Shown here piece by piece: positions 51,690 to 64,000 of a DNA stretch of 64,000 nucleotides (its first letter is position 1; every line of letters starts with the position of its first letter). Both the position numbers and the translations under genes were made by a program. The stretch comes from Lama glama (taxonomy: Eukaryota). The stretch is taken from positions 15,812,001-15,876,000 of the forward strand of contig CM052818.1 in NCBI GenBank assembly GCA_028534125.1. Direction: 5' to 3'. The notes under the pieces were generated by a model. That model was given only the letters and a program-made list of their open reading frames with translations, searched no databases and was not told the DNA's origin.

Positions 51690-51860
51690 AACCAAAGCAC
51701 TACAGTTAGCTAGATCTGGCTTCAAATCCTAGCTCTTTCATTTGGCACCTGTGAGCACTTCCTGAGAAATATATTTGAGTTTTCTGAGTCTCAGTTCCTG
51801 CATCTATAGCATTAAGACAAATTAAATACCTACTTTTCTAAGCTGTAGTAAGGAATGCTA
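51690..51860 (+). mobile_element. MIR SINE
   Basis: tctggcttcaaatcctagctct..tctgagtctcagttcctgcatctata..aatacctac. Confidence 0.7.
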
Positions 51861-51879
51861 GTTAACTCTCATCAGCGTG

Positions 51880-52060
51880 TATATGTACTGAGCATTTTTC
51901 TAAGTTTATGACATGTAATCCATTGAATTGTTACAATGATCCTGTGAGGTAAGAGCTAGTGTAATTCCTATTTTTCAGATGAGAAAAGTGAGGAACAAAA
52001 AGGGTATGTAATACTTCCAAATTATAGAACACATGATGTATGAGATCTGAACCCATTTTT
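51880..52060 (-). mobile_element. MIR SINE
   Basis: tacaatgatcctgtgaggta..cctatttttcagatgagaaaagtgagg..gatctgaaccca. Confidence 0.7.
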
Positions 52061-53884
52061 TTTTCATTTCCAGAGTCTGAGAGATTGGCCACTAAGCGGA
52101 ATACTGAGTATTCAGTATGGTATTCGGAACACAGTGACTGGCTCATAAATATTAAGCTTTGGATGCTATCACTGATAAGTGTTTAGATGCCCATAAATAA
52201 TATCCTTGTTCCTTTCCTTAGACCGGAACCAATTAAAAGGTTATAAGCACAGGGTCAGATGGAGATTTGAATATTACTGATGAATTGATTAGAAAATGCG
52301 GCTTTAGATCTGCAGCTAAGTAAGTGTAATAATATTTTGTTCCAGAATTATTTTGATTCCCTCTTGAACTCTGGTCGACCAATGACTTCCTAAAAGGGGC
52401 AGCCTCCTCTCACACAGCAGAGGGAACCAGGTCAGAATGCATTCATTCTGTGAATAGGCTGGCTCTGAAAAAGAGAGCCCATATGCTTCCCCGTCACACC
52501 TATTCAGTTCCTTTTCTGAATATTCCATTCAGACAAGACTATCCTGTTTTCCTGAGGAGCAGCGAGCGTGAGGTGCGGAGAAAGGCCTCCACTATCAGCT
52601 AATGTCCCTCCGCTAGCTACGGAAGGCCAGGGCTGCTCCTCTCCCAAACCCACGACAACTGCTGTTTCCGCTACTACCACTGTTACTGCAGCTGTTACTA
52701 TTATTATTATTTCCCAGCAGATGACAGACGTGGTGATTTAAGAGCACTTCCTTGCTCCTTAGGGGGGGCCAAGAGCTGCTGAAAAGGGGCTAACACTGGC
52801 CCTGTCTTAAGCCATAGACCGCCCTAGATTTGCTGAGATGCTGGCCCAGCTGAAGAAAGGGCTGTGCTCCACAGTGCGGCTGCCCTTGGCTGCCTCTAGG
52901 AAGGTAGGGGCACTCCCTTTATAGGACTGCCGATGTCAGTTTGGGGGGAGGCGGGTGGTCTTGCCTCATGAGAGGAAAAGGAGGAAGAACAGCAGTGATA
53001 ATATTCTTTCCAGATTCCATCTCTAGACTTCCTTTAGTTCAAGTAAAAGCACATCTGTCAGGATGCGTTTAGAAGTCATTCTCTTCATTAACAGACGAAT
53101 TGCTCTGTTGATGATGCTAGCATAGCTGTCCTTGGAAATGCCATAAGCAGAGAGTGAGATGTCTTTTCCTTAGAGTCGATTCGTACCTATTTCCTTAAAA
53201 GGCACTTACACAAGAGTCTGAAGATGAGTATGTCCATAACTGCTACAGTTCCAAAAGAAATGGCATTTTTAACAGAAAATTCCCACAGTGAACACAGAGA
53301 GAGAAACCCGGGAAATCAGCCATGGGAGGGCAAGATGATGCCACTTTAATGAGGGTGTAAACCAAAAGGGGATCTGAACCTGCTGTCTACAGTAGCTGAA
53401 ATAACAAGCCACTTAGCAAGAGAGCATATCAGGGGTAGGCTTGAATACTATGTGCACTTTCAAAGCCTAACTCTGATAGCTTTACAGAACCCACATTTAA
53501 TGATGCTCTATCTATTGAAAGCCTTGCCCTATCATTATCAAAACAATTGGTTATCCTTTAAAACAATTATTTGCTGATGCATTTAGTTAAAAGCATCTGA
53601 GATGGAACTAACAGTGAAACCCTATGGGGGGGAAAATCATTGCAAAAGCCACTAATGTGTTGCTTCAAACCTATGAAAGCAAAGGGATTTAGGCTGGTGA
53701 GTCCTCAAGGGAAGAACACAGCATGGATTGCGAACTCTGCTAAGAGCCAGAGACTAAAAGTCTTATCAACCCACTGCTACCCCTCAATCCCATCCTTACA
53801 GGCACTCTCACAGCAGCAAACTTGCTTAGCTCAGTTCCATAGAGTTAAAATAGGACCTGAAAGGATTCAGTTACCAATATGTAC

Positions 53885-54305
53885 CTTTTTAAAAAAATAC
53901 TTAAATTTTTCAACAGTTTTGGGTTTACAACAAAATTGAGACTATGAATATATTCCCACATGTCTCTTGCCCCCACAGATGCACAGCCTCTCTTATTACC
54001 AACATCACTCATTAGAATAGTACATGTTTTATAAAGGATGATCCTACATTAAGACATTATAATCACCCAAGGTCTATAGTTTACTTTAGAGTTCACTCTT
54101 GGTGTTTTACATTATATTTGTTTGGACAAATGTATAATGACATACAGCCATCATTATAATATCATACAGAGTGTTATCACTGCCCTAAAAATCCTCTTTG
54201 CTCTGCCTATTTATTGCTCCACCCTGTCCCCCAAAACCACTGAATTTTTTGTTGTCTCCATAGGTTTGCTTTTTCTAGAATGTCATATTGTTAGAATAAC
54301 ATAGT
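53885..54305 (-). mobile_element. L1MC1/2-type 3' end
   Basis: cagttttgggtttacaacaaaattgag..atcacccaaggtctatagtttactttagagttcactcttggtgtt..cactgccctaaaaatcctct. Confidence 0.88.
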
Positions 54306-54399
54306 GTTCAATTTTCATCACATACCTGTTTTTCCTGTGGGCTTTTTAACACGTCACCTCTCTACACGTGGTATTTCCAGTAAACTTCTCCTAGAATAT

Positions 54400-54710
54400 A
54401 TCTGCTGACAATACTCAAGTCAAAGCCTATCCCTTCAGTGGAAGTAGGTCTCCCTCCTTGTCTACCCTTAGCTCCCCTGAGCATTCCCCGTTTATACTTC
54501 CTTCTGGGTGTATGTTACACACTAGAGTTTATTTGCTATCATTTAATGCAGTCCAGTAACTTTATAACAACATTTTGACTCCCCAGCTAGACTATTAGCT
54601 ACTCAAAGGCAGCAGTTGGTATCTCACAGTTCTCTCTCATTTTTCATATCATTTACCTTGGCACTAGGCACATAAACAATGTTTCAGAAATAATTGTTGG
54701 TTGATTGAAA
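54400..54710 (+). mobile_element. L2 LINE 3' end
   Basis: ctccccagctagactattagctactcaaaggcag..ggcacata..aataattgttggttgattgaa. Confidence 0.6.
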
Positions 54711-56239
54711 ATCTTCCCTGAATAATGTAAAAGAGTTTACCAATGAGAACTTAAATTACTTATTCTATCTGAAAGACATTTTGCAGATTAAAGAAGATGA
54801 AAATACTCATACTCTGAGCACCAAGAGCTCGCCTTCTCTCTAGTTATTATAAATCATAGCCTGAACATTTAAACTATTCAAGATTTCATTTTTTCCCCTA
54901 ACTTCCTCCAGCATGAAATCCAATCAAGCATTTGCTTGCTTCTGTTTTTTACATCTGCCTCCAAGCACCCATTGTAACATATATGCTAATTGTGATTATT
55001 TTTAATGATTTCTTCAAGTTGTTTTTCATACAAAGCTCTAGATTAGCATGGCATATCCCATTATTTATAATTGCATCAGTTATTTTGCCACCAGCTTCCA
55101 AAAATAATTAAACACATTTTTCTTGATAGGTAATCAGACAGCATTAACTTATTGCAGCAATCTACAGAGAATGGTCCTCTCTTTATCCTTGTCCTGAATC
55201 TAGCTGGCCTCTTTCTTAACAACTGGGAAACACAAAACTCTTTGTGATGTTTTTACCCCTTGCCTTCCAATGAAATGTGAACTCTATGCTCCACTTTTTT
55301 CATGGCTCTATCACCTTGGCATAGGCAGTGAGATCACATATAGGTATCTGCCATGTATGCAAAACCTGACTACAGGGTTAATTTGTTTTATCTGGTGTGA
55401 TATCTTACTTAATTCTGCTGTTGTCTGGGCCACCTGTCTTCAGTTTCTTACTCAAACTAATAAATTTCCAGTTTCCCAAGTTTTAGCTCAAAATACACAT
55501 TTTGTAGGGCTTTAGCCTTTGAGCCTAGGATGAGCTTTAAATTCCTCTGATTCATTGTCCCTCTGGTTATGAATTTCTTGTCTGAAAGGCTTTCTGAAGG
55601 GTTGAAATCATCTGCCATTAAGGCAGACGCTTTGCCTATGACCTCTATTTTCTCTCAGTTAACCTCATGTGTTGAACAATATCACTTGCTCCTGGCTATC
55701 TCTTATTTCCCAGGTTGATCCACATTTTTATTAAAACTCAGGATTTGAGAATTCTTTTTTGGACTGTAATTATTTCTACATGATTGTTTCACTATTGCCA
55801 GTGTAGGTCACTTTTTTTTTACCTTGTACTGACTGGAGTTATCCGAATAAAATAAATTTTGCTATTTAGGCCTTTGAATGGAAATTGCTTTTCCTTATCA
55901 ATTTCTAAATGTAGCATCAGCATTAAGAAGGAAATTCAGAGTTATTCAACATGGAAGTTAGATTTATGGCAACTTAAAACTGCTGGACAGAGCTGTGAAC
56001 AATGATTCTGGGCAAAATACCCTACAGAATTTTTTAACATCTTAGTGGCAATCCTTTTAGAACATGCAATAGAAATGCTCTTAAGCCACCAAGAACATTG
56101 TTTCATCCAGCATATTTGGTTTAAGAAGGAAGTAAAGTAATTAGTATAGTTTTAAATGTTTCCATTATAAATGATTCCCAAATCTTAAAGTTTGTATTGC
56201 CATGTGAATCATAAAATCTACCCTTCTTGAGCCTCTACT

Positions 56240-56370
56240 ATTGGACAGGTACTTAATATATATTGTCTCATTGAATCCATCCAATAAGGTAGGTGTTCTT
56301 TTCCTGAGTTTGCAAATGAGGAAATGAATGCCCTGGGAAGAAAAAGTATTTGCCCTGCTTATCTGCAGAG
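56240..56370 (-). mobile_element. MIR SINE
   Basis: tgtctcattgaatccatccaataaggtagg..tttgcaaatgaggaaatgaa..tttgccc. Confidence 0.6.
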
Positions 56371-56796
56371 ACAAAGTCTTAATTTAAGTATCCACTCAAT
56401 TTGGGAAAAGATTGCTCAGATAATGTTTAATGCACTCTTGGTAGTTTTTCTCTCTAAACTTCTGGGCTTATTAAGTTCCTTTTCAGAATTCTGTAGCAGT
56501 TAGACCATTTTGCATAATCCCCATGAAACAGAGAATTTTGCCTTCTAAATAGAAATAAAAAGCCCCTGGTCAGTTGATGCTACCAGTTCTCCACATCTTC
56601 TGAGAGCCTAAAAGATCAGGAAAGATAGTCAGAGGACTAGCTTCCTCTTAGTGTGGTTCCATTTTTGAGAGCCTTCTGATTCCATTTTGGACTTCAGAGC
56701 TTTATCTCATTTCTTGATGATATTGAGTAAATGAAATGTCAGAAGCTTAAGTTTTCTATAGTTAATCAAACTCTGCTTATTGCAGTGCAGAAATGT

Positions 56797-56845
56797 CTTG
56801 TGTGTGAGAGAGAGAGAGAGAAGAAAAGACAGAGAGAGAGAGAGC
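56797..56845. repeat. Imperfect (GT)/(GA)n microsatellite
   Basis: Directly visible. Confidence 0.85.
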
Positions 56846-58974
56846 TAATACTGACTTTTATAACTAATACATTGCCTATTAAAATCTATAGCTTGATAGT
56901 CAGAGTATCTCTCCTATAGTATCTGATTTGCTAGAAAATAATTCTGACATATGAATACACAATTGGGAGAAATACATAGCTGCAATTGTCTTTAGGCACC
57001 CAGGTTCTTGAAATAGTGGCTCATCTCTCTAGAGAAAAATTTTCTAACTTTAGTTTAAATGTTATGTACCAATTGTAATTTTTGCCAACACAAATGATAT
57101 AATTTATTTTTAAAGTATATTCCAAATTTAGACTAAAATCAAGAAAAGGGGATGGGGGGCAGAGAAAGTCTAAGACAAAAGTCTTTGAATATCGGTATTT
57201 TGGAATAGTGAAAAATAAGCCAGAAAAGCTAGGAAGTTGACCAAAAAGCTGGGAAACTGACCAACTGAATACACTGATTATGTGAAGATTAATTTAAAAT
57301 AAAAAACAAACCCAAAATTTTGTTCTTGGCCTGCTTTGTGCAAGTGATTTCTGCAGGACTTTACCTCCTAAGTTGCTTGAATAAAAGTAGAAAGTAAGGT
57401 AGATCCCTCAAGTTATTCATGTCTGTCATCTCGTGGTTAAAGGTTTTTCTCTGCAATATAGGCAGCAAAAGGCAAGGAGAGGAAGGCTGTCCCTTCCTGC
57501 AACTCCCAGCTGTCAGTGGCAAAGAAGGAAGAAGAGATGAGGAAGAAAAAGGAAAGCAGAATGTAGACTGATTGATAATAAAGTCCTTCTTCCTCTGCCA
57601 TTTATTATTGCTTGGGTTGCCATGAGGAATAAGAATTATGAACTGTTACTAACAGAAGCCATATACAGAGAATTGAGATATAAATGAGGCCTTGGGGGTC
57701 AGTTCAAAAAGTCAGCTTAAAAACCAAACCATGCTCTAACAGGGCACGTGGATGGCCAACTTCTCAGACATAAGATACTGAAGAAGGCATATCTGGCTAG
57801 TTCAGTCAAGTTGGCGTTAGAAGTTCCTCCAAAAACACAATCAGAAGAAAGGTGCTAAGTTGACATTATGATTGTGACAAAGCAGTAGGAAAACCCACAC
57901 TAGTGAAGGGAAAAAAATCATCTTAGTATCTACATATCTATAAATATTGATTGACTTTGGATTCAGTCCTGATTCCATGACCAGTCACCTACTTCCACTG
58001 ATCAACTGATGATAAGATAGTGAGTCCTCCAGCTACTATTATTTGGGAATGATTGTATTATACAACCTGGGAAGACAGTGAAGATAACCAAAAGGGAAGT
58101 ATAAGTCATATCACAACCAGGAATCTTTAATCACATCTTTACCTACCCTCCTTGTATTGAAACTCTTCTTGACTTTACTGCAACTTTTTGCATGATGAGA
58201 ACATAGTAGGGTTGATCTTGTTGTTATGAACCATTTACTGGCACCTTATCTATTACCATTAATTCACTAAGTAAAATTCAGAACACACTCATGATATGAT
58301 TTTGTCTCCATATGTTGAAACTGATTTATTTCTGGCAGGTTATATCCAGGCATCAGTGTAATGAATCAACTAAGCTCGATAGTTAATACAATAGACAGAA
58401 GAGGATACCTCATCATTCTGCATGTGGTCAAAGTACTATATTTATATATTTGTTTTCATCAAGACAGATACATAGCTATTGTAAATAGAATAACTGAAGT
58501 ATCTCTTCATATTCATATTTGTTTCATTAACACAAATACATATTTTCTCACTTGTATGTTTATGCCAGACAAAGCTTCAGGATGGACATTTTCACTACTA
58601 AAGATAATAAAGTAGTTTGTCACTATTCTGGGTCTTCTGGAGACTTTAAAGTCCAAATGGTTGGGAAGGCATAGTAGCCATTAGATTAAAATGTTTGATT
58701 TTTTTTTATTACTCTTATGTCCATGGATCAAAGCTTAGGATTTTATAATGGTTGTTTAAAATCTTATAAAATATCGAGAATAACATTGGTGATGTTCTTA
58801 ACTGCTAACACATTGAGAACTTGGCATTTTGTAGCATTATACTGAACCACTTTTGAAGTAGGTGCTACTTTAATAGGAAGTGATGACTTAGAACGGTCTC
58901 ATGGTTGGTATGAAGTAAAATCAAGATGACAGTCTGACCAGAGTTCAAACTCTAAATCTTTATGATGTACAATA

Positions 58975-59200
58975 TTAGCTAACATTTATAGAGCTGTTAG
59001 TATGTGCTGGTTTAATTCTAAATGATTTTCATATATTTACTCATTCAATGCATACAATAACTCTGTGGAGACAGGTAGTATTATCCATTTTACAGATGGG
59101 AAAAGAGATTTTAAGTAATTTGCCCAGTCACTTAGTGAGTTGTGGTTCTAGAATTTAGATCCAGGTAATATGGTTCCAGAAACCGCTCTCAAATTAATCA
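58975..59200 (-). mobile_element. MIR SINE
   Basis: agctaacatttatagagc..tattatccattttacagatgggaaaa..aagtaatttgcccagtcac..gaatttagatccagg. Confidence 0.8.
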
Positions 59201-61697
59201 CTATGTTCTATTGCCTGGACTTCTCTCAATTCCCTGGAGCTCTACAGAACTAGCAACTTTGGCCCAGGAAAAGTATACATTGTTGTATAACTATGGACTA
59301 TGTTCCTGTATTTCCTTGCAGACCAAGAGCACTGTGTTTCATCAAAGCCTGCTCAATGAAGTACAAAAAATACAAAACTGAGGTAATTCAATGAGTCTCA
59401 TCTCTTTAAAATTTCAAAGCAAAGAGCAGTTCATGGGTGCCACTGACACTGGTCATTTGAAATTCCTCAAATGAAATGACTTACTTGAACCTTATTAGCA
59501 CTCAAATGCCTCTTTCTCAGTTCGAGGCCAACTTGATGATTAGGGGCAATCATTCCTATCTAACAGAAGGAGAAAACCCTTATCCCATGTTGGCCAAGCC
59601 ACAAAGTAACCTTAGTCTTGACATACGATGACATTTTTATGTATAACCTACATAAATCCTCTTATTCAACAAGTCTTCCAAACACATATTGAATCATTGT
59701 CTCTATTCTTTGATAAAGAACTTAAAAAGACCCCCCCCCAAAACCCCATGAATTTCTACTTCCCTTGGTGAATTTCTTTCACTCTTTCTTCCTTCAATTC
59801 AAGTGACTCTTCTATGGAGCAAACTCACAGGGTTTCCCCATACTACTTACTATTTGCTCTGTAGTTCGGGTACTTGAGTAATTTCATGATGTTCTTCTTC
59901 CAGGGACTCATATGCACTTTTGTATTCCTGAAGGCCGTTACAACTCCTAGAAGATAAAGCATGCATTTAAAAAAAAACAAAACAAGATAGCTGATCAAGA
60001 AACTTTCTCTTCCTGAATGTTTTTATTCAGATCTCCTGTTTTTATCTCATTTTTCAAACAAATGATTTTTATTTTCTACATACCTTAGAGGGTGGTAATT
60101 CCCTTGACTATTAAAGGCATTTCTGAACTGTTTCTGCATAATTCATATTGAAAATAATGCTCAGAAGCTGGCATTTTTGGGGCATGCATATTAATTATTC
60201 ATATGCAAACTGAGAACCATGGGACCTAGCACTGCTGGAATATATAACTTTTGCTGCCTTTTCTAAAGTAGTACATTTCCTGTACCCTGGTGTTATCATT
60301 TCTTTATATAACATTTTCCAGTTCACCCAAACAAATGTTTAATCATATTAAGATCTTAATTTTTGCATTAGCTAAAGCAATTATGAATGTGAGAAGATGG
60401 AAATTCTTAATATAAAACAATTGCATTTTATGGTTCATCTTTTTCTTTCCCTAGAAGCAGAAATGTATGCCTTTTGGATGCTTATCTTTATGATCTATGT
60501 ATTTCAAATACTTCACCTCAAAGTCTATTTTTCTCATACTTGAAAATTTTCTATTTATACCCATTGATTTTCCCCTATAGCAATATTTACAGAAACTTAA
60601 TTCCAAAATAAGATGCAATAAGGTTTTACTTGATTAAGACCTTCAACTCAACAATCCTCATTCCACAGTGTGACTCCTTCAATGATGGAGATAAAGGGAA
60701 CAGAGATAAAGGCAGAGAGGTAATTAGCAGAAGCAGCCGTCTCAGGATACATTATAATCCAAATATCAAAACATCCTCTGAAATAGAGGTGAAGCTCTTT
60801 ACTTGAACTTTGGCATTGGCACAATGCCTCCTTCTTAACTAATGGTTTGACTGTGAACCCTAAGAGGGAGTGACATCAGGAGGTGCTTTAGCCCTAAAAC
60901 CACCAGAAGTGTTCTATGACAACTATCCAGAAAATGTTGAGGGTGACAGGAACGGAAAACAATGATGAGAACATCAACTCATGGATCTTTTGTTTCAAGA
61001 AGATGTACTTTGAAAAAAATGATACCATTATTCTGGATTAATACCTGGGTTCATAATTCACCTCGGACTGGACCTACATGGAATTTTAAGTTAAAGACAG
61101 TTGGTCTTTGGCAGTAATATCTCTGTCATTCCACTTGGTATATTCATTATTTCTTTCTTCTTAGGGTGATTTTGCTAATGCCCCAAGCCTCCTGCCATTT
61201 GTTTGCTTGCTTTCTTTCACTACCATCCTTCTATCAAAATCTATACTATTAAAAAAAAAAACCTATCCTTAGAGTAAAACTCAGATTTAAATCTATCACA
61301 ACTTCCAAACTATTTTCATGGAAACAAAAGGTAAAGTCTTAAGGAAAATATCTCAGTGCCTAGAATACGAAGAAGCAGCACGCCTATGAGAGACACAAGC
61401 TTTACTCAGACAGAACCTACATTGCTGCCTCACATGGGATGGTTAATCCCCCATTCATAAGGCATGGTCTGGTAAGGGAAAAAACCAAGTAGCACTCTTG
61501 TTAATAAGATACATGAAGATGAGGACCAGCATCTCCAGATTCCTAATATCCTAAATGTGATAAAATTTCAACTAAAAATCATACCATTTAATTTTGAAAT
61601 CAAATAGGAAAAGGAAATGAAAACAAGAAGCTAAATTTTATTTAAAAAACTGAGTCTAAACACAAGAGATTATACCATCTCATCTCTTAACTAATGC

Positions 61698-62161
61698 TGT
61701 GAAGGAAAAGCCGGGCTGGTCTAACAAGATAACTCACAAGTCTAGGAATGTGAAGGAGAGGCTGCGCTGGTCTAATAAGATAACTCACAAATCTAAGTAT
61801 TGGAATACTGATCTGAGTTCTGCTAGACTAACTTGTAAATCTAGGTTAATTAGTGTTGGTTTGCTGTTCATGTTTTTTGCTAGCCAGCTGGGTTTTCGAA
61901 GATACATATCTGGCTTTGGAATGTTGGTTTGCTGCCTCCCCGCCTCCACTTTTGTGGTGCTGCTGCTGCTAAAGCTGTTCCATGCCTATTGGCCTAATAC
62001 CCCAAGCTTGTACTTTACCCTGTAAAACCTCATGCGCACGTCTTGGAGGTGCTCAGAGCTTCAGAGCAGAAGCCCCTCTGAGCCCGCCTGCGTAATACAT
62101 CTGAGTACGCCAACCCTCCGAGTGGTGCTTGTTTCTTGACTGACCTGTCGTTTCCGTAACA
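61698..62161 (+). mobile_element. Young ERV solo LTR (464 bp; class I-type 4-bp TSD)
   Basis: TG...CA termini, perfect TSD ATGC (61694-61697 / 62162-62165), retained CpGs, AATACA at 62094 in the poly(A)-signal position, and a 51-bp tandem duplication at the 5' end. Confidence 0.85.
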
Positions 62162-63227
62162 ATGCTTCCATATCTAATAGTAGAATTGTCTCTACACCTG
62201 ACAGGGGCACTTTTTTTTTCTTTTTATTAAGATTATTACCTAGCCCAGGTCTTCATCACTTGAGAATTAGAGTCTATCAAATATCCTTAAACTAGACTGC
62301 TTGAGTCCAACATACACAACTTTATCAGAAACTGCAGCAATCAACTCCAGACCATGTTTCCTTAATAGAAAAAAAAAAATGGCTGGAATGAGAAACTGAA
62401 AACAGCCAGAGACATACAGAACTTTGTCAGTACAGTATGTCCCCTATTCATGCTCTTGATATTACCACTAAGACTGTATTCCTGGGATTAAGATGCCATG
62501 ATCTGGAATTCCTGGGCTAATTCTCGTTTCCAATTACTCTCTCCCTACATAGCCATTCTTCAGGAGACTTGACATAAATGCTTGAAAGCATCATATCCAT
62601 CATCGTATTCCTCTGATTAGTAGTTCCTTATTTCCTTTTTTTTTGAATGATTGCCTGTTTTCAAGCAAGTGATAGTGCAGTCTTCAAAAAATAGTAGTAC
62701 AATTTTTCTTCATTTATCTGGGCCTTCACAGAACCCACAATCTAGCCCCTTTTCTATCCTGCCTTGAGTTATATATTGCTTCATATTTTTGGGTCTCTTT
62801 CCTTAACCATATTATATGTTAAATAAAGCAGTTTTAAAACTTTACATTAATATGTGGATAAAAATGCTTATTTTCCTCCTAGAGGAAAATAAAAAGAGAA
62901 AGAAAGCAAAGCAGAAGAAATACTGTATCTTAGAAAGTTTTAGAGTTCAATTTGTTTTGATTCAATAAATATGCATTTAAATAATACTTATAGACATTAT
63001 ACTATACAGAGTACACAGAGATGACTGAGGTAAGGAAGTTTTAATTTTCAAGACAGAATAATATTGGTTTTATAGTAGAAGTATGGTTGTGGGCTACATA
63101 AACATAGAAGAAAGATAAATTAATTTAAGATGGGCAGATGAATGGCTTCACAAAAAATTCCAGATATGGTTTGGCTTTGAAGTGGGAACAAAATATTGAT
63201 TATATATGAAGAAAGAACATTTTAAAG

Positions 63228-63550
63228 TGTCAAAGTAATTAAATGAGGAGGTGTCTCGGGAGCCTACTTAAGCAAACCAAAACCTAATCTGTAAATGCCT
63301 CAAGGTTAAGAAATCAAAACCTACGGCCAACCAATCACAAACAGCCAAGTAGAATTTCCAGGCAACCACTTAAACTATAGCCAATCATATAATTTCCTTA
63401 CTTCGCCTCCATGTCTTTCCTATAAATGTCTTGCCTCCCATAGGTGGAGAAAACTTTTAACCACTTTGGTTAGGTGCTTCCTGATCTGAATTGAGTTTTG
63501 CTCAACTAAACTCCTAAAATTTTTCATATGCCTCAGTTTATCTTTAAACA
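63228..63550 (+). mobile_element. ERV1 solo LTR (MER93-like)
   Basis: TGT...ACA termini, TSD AAAG (63224-63227 / 63551-63554), two CCAATCA boxes and TATAAA. The motif cctacttaagcaaaccaaaacc resembles MER93. Confidence 0.75.
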
Positions 63551-63714
63551 AAAGGGGAAAGGGTCCTTTAATTGAGAGTGGGAGAGGTTGAGCAAAAATT
63601 AAGAACTAGAAAAATGGTTTGAGTTTAGTGAGTTTGGGAAAATGGCTAAAGGAAGACACCCATCGATGAGGAGACAGAAGGTAAGAACGGGAGAGTAACC
63701 TGGTGATTGCTAGT

Positions 63715-64000
63715 TGTAGTACTGTGATTTACAATAAGAAATATTTATCTGGTCTTTGTCCTCCTTTCTGGCACAGAGCTCCTAAAACCTTGTAATTTCC
63801 TAGGTGATAAGCATGATAAAGGTGTTGATATTCAAAACAAATTCCTTTCAGTCTCACTGAGTTTATGTTAATAAGGTGACTTTGGAAATCACCTAAGTGT
63901 GGGTCTAATTGCCAGGAGAGCCAACCCTCTCATTAAAGGGTAGGAACTTTCAGTCCCACCTTCCTGACCTCCAGGGAGGGTAAAGAGGCTGGAGGTTAAA
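63715..64000 (+). mobile_element. MER21-family LTR, truncated by the window end
   Basis: aataagaaatatttatctggtctttgtcc..ctggcacagagctcctaaaaccttgtaatttcct..ggaactttcagtcccacc..gacctccagggaggg. Confidence 0.85.

Noticed and set aside
32950..59385. Isolated strong plus-strand splice donors (33070, 37192, 42014, 50330, 59382) as exons of one gene
   Set aside because: No consistent reading frame or recognisable peptide links them, and such motifs are expected by chance. Non-coding exons cannot be excluded without RNA data.
61699..62025. 108-aa ORF with an internal peptide repeat (WSNKITHKS twice)
   Set aside because: It lies entirely inside the solo LTR, starts at GTG, and the repeat simply reflects the 51-bp DNA duplication.
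1..64000. Prokaryotic-type novel system (operon, CRISPR, defence island), rRNA or tRNA genes
   Set aside because: The sequence is mammalian repeat-rich non-coding DNA with no long ORFs, no repeat-spacer arrays and no structural RNA gene signatures that I can recognise.

Overview
This is AT-rich eutherian genomic DNA, intergenic or deep-intronic. It is most likely camelid (alpaca/camel/llama), judged from the young L1 3' ends and the absence of Alu, Bov-A/BovB, PRE-1 and SINEC elements. No intact protein-coding gene, RNA gene or CRISPR array is supportable. The listed ORFs are chance ORFs, L1 ORF2 fragments or pseudogene fragments. Interspersed repeats dominate (L1, L2, MIR, MaLR and ERV1 LTRs, hAT and Tigger DNA transposons), with several nested insertions that still show target-site duplications (TSDs). 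The main oddity is a decayed FTH1 (ferritin heavy chain) processed pseudogene at ~20.8-21.6 kb on the minus strand. It is the only CpG island in the window, carries a 66-bp GC-box/ETS insertion, has a G/C tract where the poly(A) should be, and sits next to an ETS-IRF composite element, so it is a candidate retrocopy-derived promoter. A second oddity is a TSD-bounded chimeric L1 insertion whose 3' end is ~300 bp of foreign polyadenylated sequence. Repeat family names come from my recollection of consensus sequences and were not database-checked. Boundaries without a TSD are approximate.
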